This document shows, in pieces, positions 1-9,642 of a stretch of 64,000 nt of DNA. The notes under the pieces are model-generated. The model did no database searches and was not told where the DNA came from. It saw only the letters and a program-made list of their open reading frames with translations. The position numbers were made by a program, and so were the translations under genes. Numbering within the stretch: position 1 is the first letter of the stretch; each line of letters begins with the position of its first letter. The stretch is from an uncultured Eubacteriales bacterium (lineage in GTDB: Bacteria; Bacillota; Clostridia; Oscillospirales; Acutalibacteraceae): contig CAJKBQ010000004.1 of the NCBI GenBank assembly GCA_905198155.1, positions 28,875 to 92,874 of the forward strand. The letters are read 5' to 3'.

Positions 1-584
1 CCGTCGCACAGAAAATGAAGCGGCGCTGGATCGGTGTGGAAATGGGTAATCACGCCTATACCCACTGCAAAGTGCGCATGGATAAGGTCATTGCCGGAGA
101 AGACCCCGGCGGCATTACCAAGGCACAGAACTGGCAAGGAGGGGGAGGATACCGCTTCTATGAGGTCGCACCTACGCTCATTAACAAAGACCCCTTTGAC
201 GAATATGTCATCAACGAGGACTACGACGCCAATATGCTGGCAGCTGCGGTCGCCCTGCATGAGGGATTTCGCTATCAGCCGGATGGAGACCTGTTCTGGA
301 AACAGTCTGTAGGCAACGAGAACAGCTACCTCTTTGTGACTACCCGCCACCTGAACAGCCCCTATCTGGACTCCATCAAGGACACCATGGAGGAGGGCGA
401 GTATCTGATCATCGCTTGCCGCTCCTTTGACAGCGGACTGGACAAGGCTTACGATAATATCACAGTGAAGAAGATCCCGCAAATGCTGCTGGAACGCTGC
501 GAGTTCGGCAAAGCGGATTACAACCTGAATATCGTACACCCGCCGGTGTATGATGATTGCGACGAGGAGGAAGAGGATGTCTAA
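1..584 (+). CDS. mod: Type III restriction-modification methyltransferase (Mod), C-terminal ~190 aa. The gene starts upstream of the window.
   Basis: The reading frame is open back to nt 1. The stop overlaps the start of the downstream Res helicase by 8 nt (ATGTCTAA), the typical mod-res arrangement. The MTase assignment rests mainly on this context plus weak resemblance (RRWIGVE) to the region after motif I of beta-class N6A methyltransferases. Confidence 0.5.
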   Translation, partial: VAQKMKRRWIGVEMGNHAYTHCKVRMDKVIAGEDPGGITKAQNWQGGGGYRFYEVAPTLINKDPFDEYVINEDYDANMLAAAVALHEGFRYQPDGDLFWKQSVGNENSYLFVTTRHLNSPYLDSIKDTMEEGEYLIIACRSFDSGLDKAYDNITVKKIPQMLLERCEFGKADYNLNIVHPPVYDDCDEEEEDV

Positions 585-3228
585 CGATTTCCCGCTCTAT
601 ACCACAGACTATATCAGTGGCGTCATGTCCCTCCGCAAACCGCAGACGCAATCGTTGAAGATTCTTGAAGAGATCACCAACGCCGTACAGCTCCGCAAGG
701 GCATGAATCTGAAGGCGGCACTGGGTGCTGTCCACGCTATGTATCCGATCTGCTCCGATTTTGAGCGTGACTTTATGTCCCTGACCTTTGCTCTGGCCAC
801 CGGTGTGGGTAAAACCCGGCTGACGGGCGCATTTATCGCCTATCTGTATACGCAGCACAACATCCGAAACTTTTTTGTGGTTGCGCCAAACACCACCATC
901 TATGAAAAGCTCAAGAAAGACTTGAGCGATAACGGCAGTCCGAAGTATGTGTTCCGTGGACTGGGCTGTTTTACCGTACAGCCGCAGATCATTACGGATG
1001 ACGATTACCGGGAAAAGAATCTCTCTTTGTTTGAATCCGATGTACATATCTTCGTATATAACATCGATAAGTTCAACAAAGAGGGCGCAAACATGAAAAA
1101 AGTGAACGAGCTTATCGGTGACTCGTTCTATCAGGCGCTCTCCAATCTGCCGGACTTGGTGCTGATTATGGATGAATCTCACCATTACCGGGCGGAGAGG
1201 GGTATGCAGGCACTCAACGAACTGCATCCGCTGCTGGGATTGGAGCTAACTGCGACTCCCCTTGTGACGAAGGGTAATAAGCAAGTTCCTTTCAAAAATG
1301 TTGTATATGAATATCCGCTGTCCAAGGCCATCGAGGACGGCTATACTCGCACACCCTTTGCCGTGACCCGCTCGGACATTGATTTCTATAACTTCGGTGA
1401 TGAACAGCTGGATAAAATGATGCTGCTGGACGGCATCACCTGCCATGAGAGCACCAAACGGAAGCTGGAGGTTTATGCTGTCAACCATGGAAAGCCGGTT
1501 GTGAAGCCGTTTATGCTCGTAGTTTGCAAGGATACAGATCACGCAACCTGGGTGGAGCAATTCGTAAAGTCAGACGAATTCCGTGGTGGCGCATATCGCA
1601 ACAAAACGATAATCGTCCACTCTAAACAGAAAGGCGCAGAGACCGAAGCGAACACTCGTCTGCTTCTGGATGTGGAAAACCCGAAAAATCCGGTGGAAAT
1701 CGTAATCCACGTCAATATGCTCAAAGAAGGCTGGGATGTCAACAACCTCTATACCATCGTTCCGCTCCGGACGGCCGCATCCAAAATTCTGCGGGAGCAG
1801 ATGGTCGGTCGCGGTCTGCGTTTGCCCTATGGCGAGCGTACCGGAGATTGTGATGTTGACGCAGTTATGCTTACGGCACACGATAAATTCAACGACATTC
1901 TGGCGGAGGCGCAGCGCGGTGATTCCATTTTCAAGGCAGGGAATGTTATCAAGGCGGAAGAAATTGTGCCGGAACAGGTTACCACCACGCAGTTATCGTT
2001 TGACATGCCGTCCAACGAAAGCCACGATGAAGCATATTCCTTCACACAGATTGAGCGGACAGAGCAGACCGACGCTGTGATCTCCAGAGCGCAGACGCTG
2101 ATCCGGCAGGAGGTTTCCCGCAGCATTCAGACCGAGCCAGAGCATACCGTTACACCTCAAACCGCACAGAAAATTGTTGATACGGTTGCTGCACAGCTCT
2201 CTGTGGATAAGGACTTGGGCGTTACGTTCCATGAAAATGAGATGCCGTTGGCCGCATGGATGCTGTATCAGACGGAGCAGACACATATCGCCGCAAAAGC
2301 AAAGTTCATCCCGATTCCCCGTATCAAGATCACGGATGCCGGCGTTGAGGAATATGTGTTTGTGGATTTTGATCTCGATGTGTCGGCCTTTAATCATGTG
2401 CCTATTCGCAATGAATTGCTAATCCAGAACCTTGAAGACATGGCAGATCGCCAGCGCATCAAGGGAGACGCCATTGATTTTGAAGGCTATAACCCCAAGA
2501 AAGTAATTCTGGATGAGCTGCGCAAAAAGCCGGAGATCGACTATGAAAAATGCTCTGCGCTTTTGTTCAAAATGATCTCCCGGCTTTGCGACCACTATAC
2601 AGCGAACCACGGCGAGAACGGCATGCGCAATATCGTTATGATGTATAAGCGCGATATCGCAAACAAGCTGTATGCGCAAATGATGCAGCATTTTTACTGT
2701 AAGAACGGCTTTCTGCAAGAGGAGGTCGTTGGTACCCGCGAATATAATCTCCAGCAGACTTATAGCTGGAGAGAAAAGGTCGGCCTTTTTGAATCCTTTA
2801 CCGAGGATATCAGGAATGTGCTGTTTACCGGTATTCAAAAGGGCGTTTTCAGTGAGGCGAAGTTCCATAGCAAGGACGGAGAGCTGACGCTTGCCCGTGT
2901 GATGGAAACAGATTCTGATGTCATCAACTGGCTTAGACCGCATCCCCGTGAGTTCAATATCACCTATAACCACGGCCATGCGTACGAGCCGGACTTCGTG
3001 GTAGAAACCGAGGATATTATTTATCTGGTGGAGGTCAAGGGCGAGGATAAGCTCAATGACCCGGATGTAATCGCAAAGAAAGAGCGAGGGATACAGTATT
3101 GCGCCGTTGCCTCCCGTTGGGGCAAAGCCAACGGATACAAGGAGTGGCAGTATTTGTTTATTCCGGCGGGGCAGATCAGGTCGAGTTCTACCTTTGCGCT
3201 TTTGGCCGAGAGGTTTAAGGAGCTGTAA
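577..3228 (+). CDS. res: Type III restriction endonuclease Res subunit (SF2 helicase-like).
   Basis: Walker A GVGKTRLTG and a DEAH-like LIMDESHHY motif are present. The protein is ~880 aa. A strong RBS (GAGGAGGAAGAGG) precedes the ATG at 577, which overlaps the mod stop. Confidence 0.8.
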   Translation: MSNDFPLYTTDYISGVMSLRKPQTQSLKILEEITNAVQLRKGMNLKAALGAVHAMYPICSDFERDFMSLTFALATGVGKTRLTGAFIAYLYTQHNIRNFFVVAPNTTIYEKLKKDLSDNGSPKYVFRGLGCFTVQPQIITDDDYREKNLSLFESDVHIFVYNIDKFNKEGANMKKVNELIGDSFYQALSNLPDLVLIMDESHHYRAERGMQALNELHPLLGLELTATPLVTKGNKQVPFKNVVYEYPLSKAIEDGYTRTPFAVTRSDIDFYNFGDEQLDKMMLLDGITCHESTKRKLEVYAVNHGKPVVKPFMLVVCKDTDHATWVEQFVKSDEFRGGAYRNKTIIVHSKQKGAETEANTRLLLDVENPKNPVEIVIHVNMLKEGWDVNNLYTIVPLRTAASKILREQMVGRGLRLPYGERTGDCDVDAVMLTAHDKFNDILAEAQRGDSIFKAGNVIKAEEIVPEQVTTTQLSFDMPSNESHDEAYSFTQIERTEQTDAVISRAQTLIRQEVSRSIQTEPEHTVTPQTAQKIVDTVAAQLSVDKDLGVTFHENEMPLAAWMLYQTEQTHIAAKAKFIPIPRIKITDAGVEEYVFVDFDLDVSAFNHVPIRNELLIQNLEDMADRQRIKGDAIDFEGYNPKKVILDELRKKPEIDYEKCSALLFKMISRLCDHYTANHGENGMRNIVMMYKRDIANKLYAQMMQHFYCKNGFLQEEVVGTREYNLQQTYSWREKVGLFESFTEDIRNVLFTGIQKGVFSEAKFHSKDGELTLARVMETDSDVINWLRPHPREFNITYNHGHAYEPDFVVETEDIIYLVEVKGEDKLNDPDVIAKKERGIQYCAVASRWGKANGYKEWQYLFIPAGQIRSSSTFALLAERFKEL

Positions 3229-3281
3229 TGGTCGATAGCTATAGTATCGGCTATGTGCCACATAGGAGAAAGAGGTTTATT

Positions 3282-6044
3282 ATGAGTTATTCGGGCATTG
3301 AGCATAAACTGAGAGTTTTTATCAGTTCTAAATGTGGCGGGAAATACACCATCGCAAGGAAATCGTTACAGAAGCTGTTAGATGTAACAGGCTTGGTAGA
3401 AACATATGTTTTTGAAACAGATCCAGCCAGCAGCGAAGACACGCAAAGTGCTTATTTGGATTATGTTGACAATTCAAATCTCTGTATCTTTCTCGTTGAT
3501 AATGCGGATGGGGTTCCTCCGGCTGTCTTAAGTGAAGAAAAAAGAGCAAAAGACAAGCATTTAAGATTGCTTTATATTTTTTGCGATGAGAACAAGAAAG
3601 AGCCAACCCCCATGCAGGAAGATGTCAGAAAACTGCAATCAGCAAAGTATGCTCTTGCACACGAGTTTTCTGACATCGTCTCCAAAGCATACGATAGCGT
3701 GATGCAGGACGTTATCGCGGTATATAAGAAGAAGGAAGAACTGTTTTCGGTCGAAAAGAGCGAAGTCGAGCCAATAAGTGCTAAGGCGCTAATCACTGAA
3801 ACATATTCGCTTCCAGCCACGAGTTTTTCAAAATACCCGCATGTTGCATGTGTACTCACAAAAAATATACTTCCGGTGAACCCGCTTAATAAAGAGGATG
3901 AAGAAACATCGCTCGAAAGACTGCTGTCTGAGCATCTGCAAACCGTTATTTTTCAAAAGCCCTTTGATGAGACTATTATCGATAGCATATGCACCGAAGT
4001 GAGCAAAGAGAATAACGGGGAAATATGCGAAGTTTTGCAGCTGCGATATCAGGCTCAAAAATGCTACTATCTCACTAAGTATGATGAATGTCTTATGTTG
4101 CTTCAGCAAGCTGTTTCTACTGCGATTAATAAGCAAGGTATTCCAACGTGGATTGCAAACGACATCGCAATCGATATCCGACATGTCAAAGGACGAATTG
4201 ACGAAAGAAATAGCACATTCACTCTTGAAAATCCGGGTCAAAAACTAATAGATACGAGCGGCGAACCGGTGTATTTCCCGTACTTGGATAGACAAGTCGA
4301 AAACATGCAGGAAGAGATAGCCAAAAAATATTATTCTCAGTTAAGCATTTCTCCCTACACAACAAACTGGGGTGGACTGGATCAGATTTTTTCTCCGCTT
4401 GCAAATGCTTTTTGCATTGCTGAAATGCACGGATCTATTGTTCAAACAGAGATAACGCGAGACAGGCTCATTTCGATTTATTCGATGCTCTGTATTCTTT
4501 ATGAAGATCATGAATTGCTTGTCGAATACATTAAGTATCTTATAATCAACCGAGACTTGAAGAAACTTGATGCGGTAATCAGGACATATAATCAATCCAT
4601 AGATATCCTCAATGGTCAGGATATTGATTCGATTATGGATTGTATCAATAATATGTTTGATCCTATTCATCAAATAATGTCTAAATATCTTCTGGCCAGC
4701 CGGCTTGGATATTATATGAGCGATACAGCATATTCTGCTCTTTATAGCGAATTGATAGATTACGCTATGAGGTGGGTTCAAGACGATAAGCGTGTTTACA
4801 ATATCAATACTTTTATTTTTGATTTTTTTGGACAGAACACTTACCGTATGAATGGCAAAGATATTGTTGCCTTTATACGTGAGGTATTTCATCATGGGTT
4901 GAAGCGCTTTTATATGGATTGTTTTAAGGTGCTTCGCAGTATTGATTTTGAAAAGATTACTCAGAAGGATCAGCTCAAGGTAAAACAAGTATTACTTGAT
5001 GTGACAGCGACAGAAAACGAACAACTCTTTGATCAATACTATTCTTCGGCAGTTATCCGGTTTTGCAAGACTACTGAGGTGTTATACGAAGACCTTGAAG
5101 CAGTAATAGCGGAAAAGTATCCTGATTTTTATAAGCATACATTCTTGTTGGAAATGTCAGCACAACGAAATCAAGACTTCTCTGAGCACATCAAATCGTA
5201 TATAGCGGAAGCAAAATCTCGCAACGAAACGCAGGAAATGAATGGGACATATTCTGGATATGCCTACGAAAGCCTTGATGTGGTTTATAATATTCTAAAA
5301 ACAGAGGAAATCATTCTCGGTTCAGAATTGCTAAAAAGCATTATCGATGCAGGAATTGAAACTCTATCTTCAGAAAAGCAAACAATACAAGCCAAGAGAT
5401 CGGCGGTTCGTCTTTTGCAATTTGTATATTTCAGAAGCCGTGAACAAAAAGAACTCTGGAATGAAATAGGCGACCAAATGATAGCCAATGCTGCAGCTTT
5501 TTCTATCGGAAATGAGATGGGATTTTTCTCAAAAGATACAAATCGCATATTATCATTCCAGTATTACCTCTTTATTTACAGTTCTTTCGAACCAGGCTGC
5601 GAAGGTCTGCTTGATCAGCTATATTCAACAGATTCATCGGAAGCGTATACCATTGTGCAGTTTTTGAAGATAATAACTGATTTTCTTGAGTGCGCAAAAG
5701 ATCAATTGGAGGATGATACTCTCATTTCAGCATTTTTGTATTATAGCATTTTTATGTCACAGCATAAGGAGCGAGATGTAAAGTATTACGCGACCACATG
5801 TCTGATTGAGCTAACTAATTTCGAAAATGCAAAACGCCTTGCTTTGATTCATCTATCGCAAATCATGGATACTGGATCACAAGCAGCTAAGATTGCAATC
5901 TTAACTCGTCTGGGGCGAATACAGGTTAATGAGGATGATTCGTATTTAAGGCAAATAATAAACAAAGGCAAGTCAGACAGCAATTATCTTGTACGGTTTG
6001 TTGCAGCGCGTGACGATCTTGACTCTATTGGTGACAACGTATGA
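3282..6044 (+). CDS. DUF4062-like N-terminal domain protein with a ~800-aa all-helical repeat C-terminus (TPR/HEAT-like). Function unknown; candidate defence protein.
   Basis: An RBS (AGGAGAAAGAGG) lies 6 nt upstream of the ATG at 3282. The N-terminus reads KLRVFISSKCGG...FETDPASSEDTQ...NLCIFLVDNADGV, matching the DUF4062 'vFISS' pattern. No Walker motif is present. GC is about 37% against about 50% in the flanking genes. The frame is open from 3228 (TAATG with the res stop), and the gene end overlaps the next gene by ATGA. Confidence 0.7.
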   Translation: MSYSGIEHKLRVFISSKCGGKYTIARKSLQKLLDVTGLVETYVFETDPASSEDTQSAYLDYVDNSNLCIFLVDNADGVPPAVLSEEKRAKDKHLRLLYIFCDENKKEPTPMQEDVRKLQSAKYALAHEFSDIVSKAYDSVMQDVIAVYKKKEELFSVEKSEVEPISAKALITETYSLPATSFSKYPHVACVLTKNILPVNPLNKEDEETSLERLLSEHLQTVIFQKPFDETIIDSICTEVSKENNGEICEVLQLRYQAQKCYYLTKYDECLMLLQQAVSTAINKQGIPTWIANDIAIDIRHVKGRIDERNSTFTLENPGQKLIDTSGEPVYFPYLDRQVENMQEEIAKKYYSQLSISPYTTNWGGLDQIFSPLANAFCIAEMHGSIVQTEITRDRLISIYSMLCILYEDHELLVEYIKYLIINRDLKKLDAVIRTYNQSIDILNGQDIDSIMDCINNMFDPIHQIMSKYLLASRLGYYMSDTAYSALYSELIDYAMRWVQDDKRVYNINTFIFDFFGQNTYRMNGKDIVAFIREVFHHGLKRFYMDCFKVLRSIDFEKITQKDQLKVKQVLLDVTATENEQLFDQYYSSAVIRFCKTTEVLYEDLEAVIAEKYPDFYKHTFLLEMSAQRNQDFSEHIKSYIAEAKSRNETQEMNGTYSGYAYESLDVVYNILKTEEIILGSELLKSIIDAGIETLSSEKQTIQAKRSAVRLLQFVYFRSREQKELWNEIGDQMIANAAAFSIGNEMGFFSKDTNRILSFQYYLFIYSSFEPGCEGLLDQLYSTDSSEAYTIVQFLKIITDFLECAKDQLEDDTLISAFLYYSIFMSQHKERDVKYYATTCLIELTNFENAKRLALIHLSQIMDTGSQAAKIAILTRLGRIQVNEDDSYLRQIINKGKSDSNYLVRFVAARDDLDSIGDNV

Positions 6045-6982
6045 AAGAACAAAGAGGCTATATCGTAATCCTCCCGGAACAGATCATCGAAATCCCCCTA
6101 AGCAGCAACCTTTCCTGGCTGCGGATGTTCTATGCGCTGCCGCGTGAGCTTGTGGAGAAGCGTCCGGAGTATTTGGAACTGCCGAGAAATATCCGGCGTT
6201 TGCTCGACAGCGAAAAGTACCGCAGTATGCTGAAAAGCGACAGCTTTTTGGAGCTTGTATGGGATTGCTATGCCTGGGCTGCCTGGCAGTTCTTTCAGGT
6301 TCCGAAAAAGGGCGGCAAGTATCAGGACATCCCCGGAGACTGGCAGAAGTATTCCGGCGACTTCCCATTGTGGAGAATGGCATATCTCATTCTCCCACAT
6401 TTCCGCAACAGGATCGAGGCGTCTGACGGCGCCAGCTTCCAGGAGCTCTTTACGGAGCCCACAGCGCATGACATTGATTGGCTGACATACGAGCAATTCA
6501 GCGTGTTTGTTGAAGACCTCACCAAAATAACCGTCGAAGAGGAAAACTGGCAGCCGCTTATTGACGAGATATGGAAATCCCGTCAGCCGGAGGATTATGC
6601 CGGAAAAAGCGTTCAGAAGCGGGACTTCATGCGCTCATGGATGCACAGCCGGACAATACCCGCCCTGTCCTTGGAGGAAATCAGAGCAAACGGGCTGTCA
6701 ATCAACGGCGATGCTCTCTATGATATCGCTGACCCAAGTGCGGAATTTGAAACGAGGGTTCTGGAAAAAGCCAAGATGGATGATTTCAAAAGCCGTTTGA
6801 GTGAGACGGATCAGAGAATTCTGGAGCTTCGAGCCGCGGGTTATTCTCAGAAAGAAATCGCAGAGAGGGTTGGTTTCAAGGTGCCGAGCGCAGTTTCAAA
6901 GCGAATCCGGCAGGTGGCAAATCGTTTTGACGATTTTGTAAGCAAGGAATACGGCGAATTCATAGACAAGCATATAGAGTAG
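6041..6982 (+). CDS. HTH protein with a C-terminal sigma-70 region-4 / LuxR-like helix-turn-helix. The N-terminal domain is unknown.
   Basis: The C-terminus reads DQRILELRAAGYSQKEIAERVGFKVPSAVSKRIRQVANRF, typical of a sigma70-r4/ECF-type HTH. The start overlaps the upstream stop (ATGA). No sigma region-2 motif is seen. Confidence 0.6.
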   Translation: MKEQRGYIVILPEQIIEIPLSSNLSWLRMFYALPRELVEKRPEYLELPRNIRRLLDSEKYRSMLKSDSFLELVWDCYAWAAWQFFQVPKKGGKYQDIPGDWQKYSGDFPLWRMAYLILPHFRNRIEASDGASFQELFTEPTAHDIDWLTYEQFSVFVEDLTKITVEEENWQPLIDEIWKSRQPEDYAGKSVQKRDFMRSWMHSRTIPALSLEEIRANGLSINGDALYDIADPSAEFETRVLEKAKMDDFKSRLSETDQRILELRAAGYSQKEIAERVGFKVPSAVSKRIRQVANRFDDFVSKEYGEFIDKHIE

Positions 6983-7166
6983 GAATTGCGCCTTTTCGCT
7001 GTGTACATACGTACCGAAAAAGTTTTTCAAAAAAATTCTCAAAATTGGAACAAAACACATTCCCCCATGCCCATATACTATGGAGAGGGAGAAAACAAGC
7101 GAAGCTTTGTCAAAAGACGGAGCCTCGCTTGTTCTTTATCTGAGAGAAATTTGCCGGAGGTGCAAC

Positions 7167-7640
7167 ATGAAAGAACAGAACAGAATAACGGAAGCGGCTT
7201 CCGAAAATCGAAAGCGCGGTAGGCCTCCGATAGATATCGGGACTACTTCCTGCTTAGACGGTACTCGCCGTACACAGGTCAATGCAAAGTATATGTTTGA
7301 GGCAATCAATATAATTTCGGAAGCCGCTTCCGAAATTCCGGATAGCCATATGCTCTGGCGTTCCGATGACGCAACACAAACCGCCACCGGGAAGCACGGC
7401 ATACTGGAACAGATTGGTCGTATGTGGCTGCAGGATCGTATGTCCTATGAATCCTGCGTCCTTATCGCGAACTTATCTATCAGTGCATTGAAGATGGGGT
7501 ACAAATCCCGTGAGATCGAATATGCGATTCGTAAAATCCGCAATGCAGCCAAGCTTGTAAAGAAGAATCCATATAGTGATTGGTTCTACCAGTCGGAGGT
7601 GGAAGCCATCAGAGAGTTTCAGAGAATGGCCGGAGATTGA
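7167..7640 (+). CDS. Hypothetical 157-aa protein with an AT-hook-like KRGRPP motif. It contains two copies of a palindromic DNA repeat.
   Basis: An RBS (GGAGGTG) lies 5 nt before the ATG at 7167. The ORF is open to the TGA at 7638. The upstream extension to 7080 has no RBS. Coding status is uncertain because of the embedded palindromes. Confidence 0.4.
   Translation: MKEQNRITEAASENRKRGRPPIDIGTTSCLDGTRRTQVNAKYMFEAINIISEAASEIPDSHMLWRSDDATQTATGKHGILEQIGRMWLQDRMSYESCVLIANLSISALKMGYKSREIEYAIRKIRNAAKLVKKNPYSDWFYQSEVEAIREFQRMAGD
7189..7203. repeat. Palindrome copy 1: CGGAAGC-g-GCTTCCG.
   Basis: 7-bp inverted arms around a single central nucleotide. Same core as copies 2 and 3. Confidence 0.8.
7313..7337. 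repeat. Palindrome copy 2: AATTTCGGAAGC-c-GCTTCCGAAATT.
   Basis: Perfect 12-bp inverted arms. Confidence 0.85.
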
Positions 7641-7669
7641 GGAATTTCGGAAGCGGCTTCCGAAATTCC
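7641..7669. repeat. Palindrome copy 3: GGAATTTCGGAAGC-g-GCTTCCGAAATTCC.
   Basis: Perfect 14-bp inverted arms, immediately after the TGA of the 7167 ORF. Confidence 0.85.
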
Positions 7670-7748
7670 TTCCTTCAAGCCGCTGCGGGCAGGCGCCGTA
7701 CATAGCCCGGACATTTTGCCGGGCTAAATCTTACGAAGGAGTGATAGC

Positions 7749-8339
7749 ATGCCACAAATCGAAATCATTAAAGCAAAGGTTGCACCTGCCGACGCCGCAC
7801 GACAGTACGGATTGACCGTACACAGGAACGGGATGGCGCTATGCCCGTTCCACAACGACACCAACCCGAGCATGAAGCTCTATGACGACCACTTCTACTG
7901 CTTCGCCTGCGGGGCGCACGGGGATGTCATCGACCTGTCAGCAAAGCTTCTGGGGCTGAGCTTTACGGAGGTTATTCACCGTATTGCCGTGGATTTTGGT
8001 ATTGACCCGGACAAGCCGCCGACTTTGATGCCGGTAAGACCGTATCTCGCGCAGTTCCGGAAGGACGAAACGCTGTGCATTTCAGTTCTCACGGAATATG
8101 AGCAGCTGCTCCGCCGCTGGAAGACCGAATACGCACCGAAAACGCCGGATGAAGAATTCGACGACCGTTTCGTGGAAGCCTGTCAGATGCTCGACACAAT
8201 CGAGTATTTGGCAGATTTTTTATGCGCCGCAACATTGGAGGAGCGCGTAAAAACCGTGGACGACCTGCTTCAAAACGGTCTGATAGAAAAGCTGCGTTAC
8301 AGATTGGAGGGGGTGCATGCCAATGGACGAGCTGCTTGA
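7749..8339 (+). CDS. CHC2 zinc-finger protein (DnaG-type primase zinc-binding domain; no Toprim).
   Basis: CPFHNDTNPSM...CFACGAHGDVID is a CHC2 zinc-finger signature. An RBS (GGAGTG) is present. The gene overlaps the next gene by 23 nt. Confidence 0.75.
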   Translation: MPQIEIIKAKVAPADAARQYGLTVHRNGMALCPFHNDTNPSMKLYDDHFYCFACGAHGDVIDLSAKLLGLSFTEVIHRIAVDFGIDPDKPPTLMPVRPYLAQFRKDETLCISVLTEYEQLLRRWKTEYAPKTPDEEFDDRFVEACQMLDTIEYLADFLCAATLEERVKTVDDLLQNGLIEKLRYRLEGVHANGRAA

Positions 8340-9642
8340 TTGCCCAATCTGGTGGAACGGAAAAGATATTGTCGAGGCGGCATTCTGCGAAGAGTTCACA
8401 CGCAATCATCAGCTCGCTTATGATTGCAGCGCCTTCTTTACACCGGAGGGACACATGACGGACGAGCGCCCGTTGAAACAGAAAATCTATCATGAGCTGA
8501 AAATCTGCGCCGTCAAAAACGTACCGCACACCATCAACAATATCGTGGAGCTTTTGAAATTCTACAGTACGGGTATCGATCTTGCGCCGCAGCAGGACAG
8601 AGTTCATCTTGCAAACGGAACGCTGTATCTGGACGGGACGATTGTCCCCGGAAAGCCTGAGATCGTCCGCAGCCGTTTGCCGATCAGGTACGATCCCGAT
8701 GCTCCGAGACCGGAAAAGTGGCTGCGATTTTTGCATGACCTGTTCCATGAGGAAGATATCCCGGCTTTGCAGGAATACCTCGGATACTGCCTCATCCCCT
8801 CTACCAAAGGTCAGAGAATGATGATTATCAAGGGAAAGGGCGGCGAAGGAAAAAGCCAGATCGGCAGCGTCATGAACGCTGTCTTCGGCAGCAACATGAA
8901 GGACGGCAGCATCGGAAAAGTCTCGGAAAACCGATTCGCCCGCGCCGACCTTGAACACCAGCTTCTTATGATCGATGACGATATGAAAATGGAAGCGCTG
9001 AAACAGACCAACTATGTAAAATCCATCGTTACCGCACAGGGGAAAATGGATTTGGAACGCAAGGGCAAGCAGAGCTATCAGGGCTGGATGTTCTGCCGAC
9101 TGCTCGCCTTCTCCAACGGAGATTTGCAGGCGCTTTATGACCGCTCCAACGGCTTTTACCGCCGTCAGCTCATTCTGACCACGAAAGAAAAGGCGACAGA
9201 CAGGATGGATGATCCGGATATCGCCGACAAAATGAAGGATGAGGCGGAGGGCGTTTTTCTCTGGATGTTTGCGGGATTGCAGCGGCTTGTTTCAAACAAA
9301 TTCCAATTCACGGAAAGTGAGCGCATCCGCAATAACCGCGAGTACGTAAAACGGGACTCCAACAACCTGATCGATTTTATGGAGGATGAGGGCTATGTGC
9401 GGCTCAAAGCCGATTGCAGTGCCTCTTCCAAGGAAATCTATGAAACCTATGCCATCTGGTGTGAGGAAAATGCAATGACGCCTTTGAAGCCCCGTTCCGT
9501 CAGTGATTTTCTGGTGGAGAACGAGAAGAAATACAATCTCGAGCACACCAACACCATTACGAATTCTGCCGGACGGCGCGTCTGGGGATTTCTCGGAATC
9601 GAGCTGTTGGTGAAACCCTACTGTAACAGCAGCTTGCGGTAA
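8317..9642 (+). CDS. Phage/plasmid primase of the P4 family, C-terminal domain (D5_N plus SF3 helicase-like NTPase).
   Basis: Walker A KGKGGEGKS. Overall resemblance to P4-type primase-helicase / virulence-associated protein E proteins of Firmicutes mobile elements. Confidence 0.7.
   Translation: MPMDELLDCPIWWNGKDIVEAAFCEEFTRNHQLAYDCSAFFTPEGHMTDERPLKQKIYHELKICAVKNVPHTINNIVELLKFYSTGIDLAPQQDRVHLANGTLYLDGTIVPGKPEIVRSRLPIRYDPDAPRPEKWLRFLHDLFHEEDIPALQEYLGYCLIPSTKGQRMMIIKGKGGEGKSQIGSVMNAVFGSNMKDGSIGKVSENRFARADLEHQLLMIDDDMKMEALKQTNYVKSIVTAQGKMDLERKGKQSYQGWMFCRLLAFSNGDLQALYDRSNGFYRRQLILTTKEKATDRMDDPDIADKMKDEAEGVFLWMFAGLQRLVSNKFQFTESERIRNNREYVKRDSNNLIDFMEDEGYVRLKADCSASSKEIYETYAIWCEENAMTPLKPRSVSDFLVENEKKYNLEHTNTITNSAGRRVWGFLGIELLVKPYCNSSLR

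Noticed and set aside
460-1227. 255-aa minus-strand ORF.
   Set aside because: Antisense to the res helicase N-terminus. No motifs.
7080-7166. Upstream extension of the 7167 ORF to the ATG at 7080.
   Set aside because: No RBS at 7080. A strong GGAGGTG RBS serves the internal ATG at 7167.
7641-7700. Third palindrome considered as a rho-independent terminator for the 7167 ORF.
   Set aside because: The 1-nt loop is sterically implausible as an RNA hairpin tip, and no U-run follows. A DNA-binding-site interpretation is favoured. A weaker GCCCGG...CCGGGC hairpin at 7700-7720 is a better terminator or attenuator candidate.
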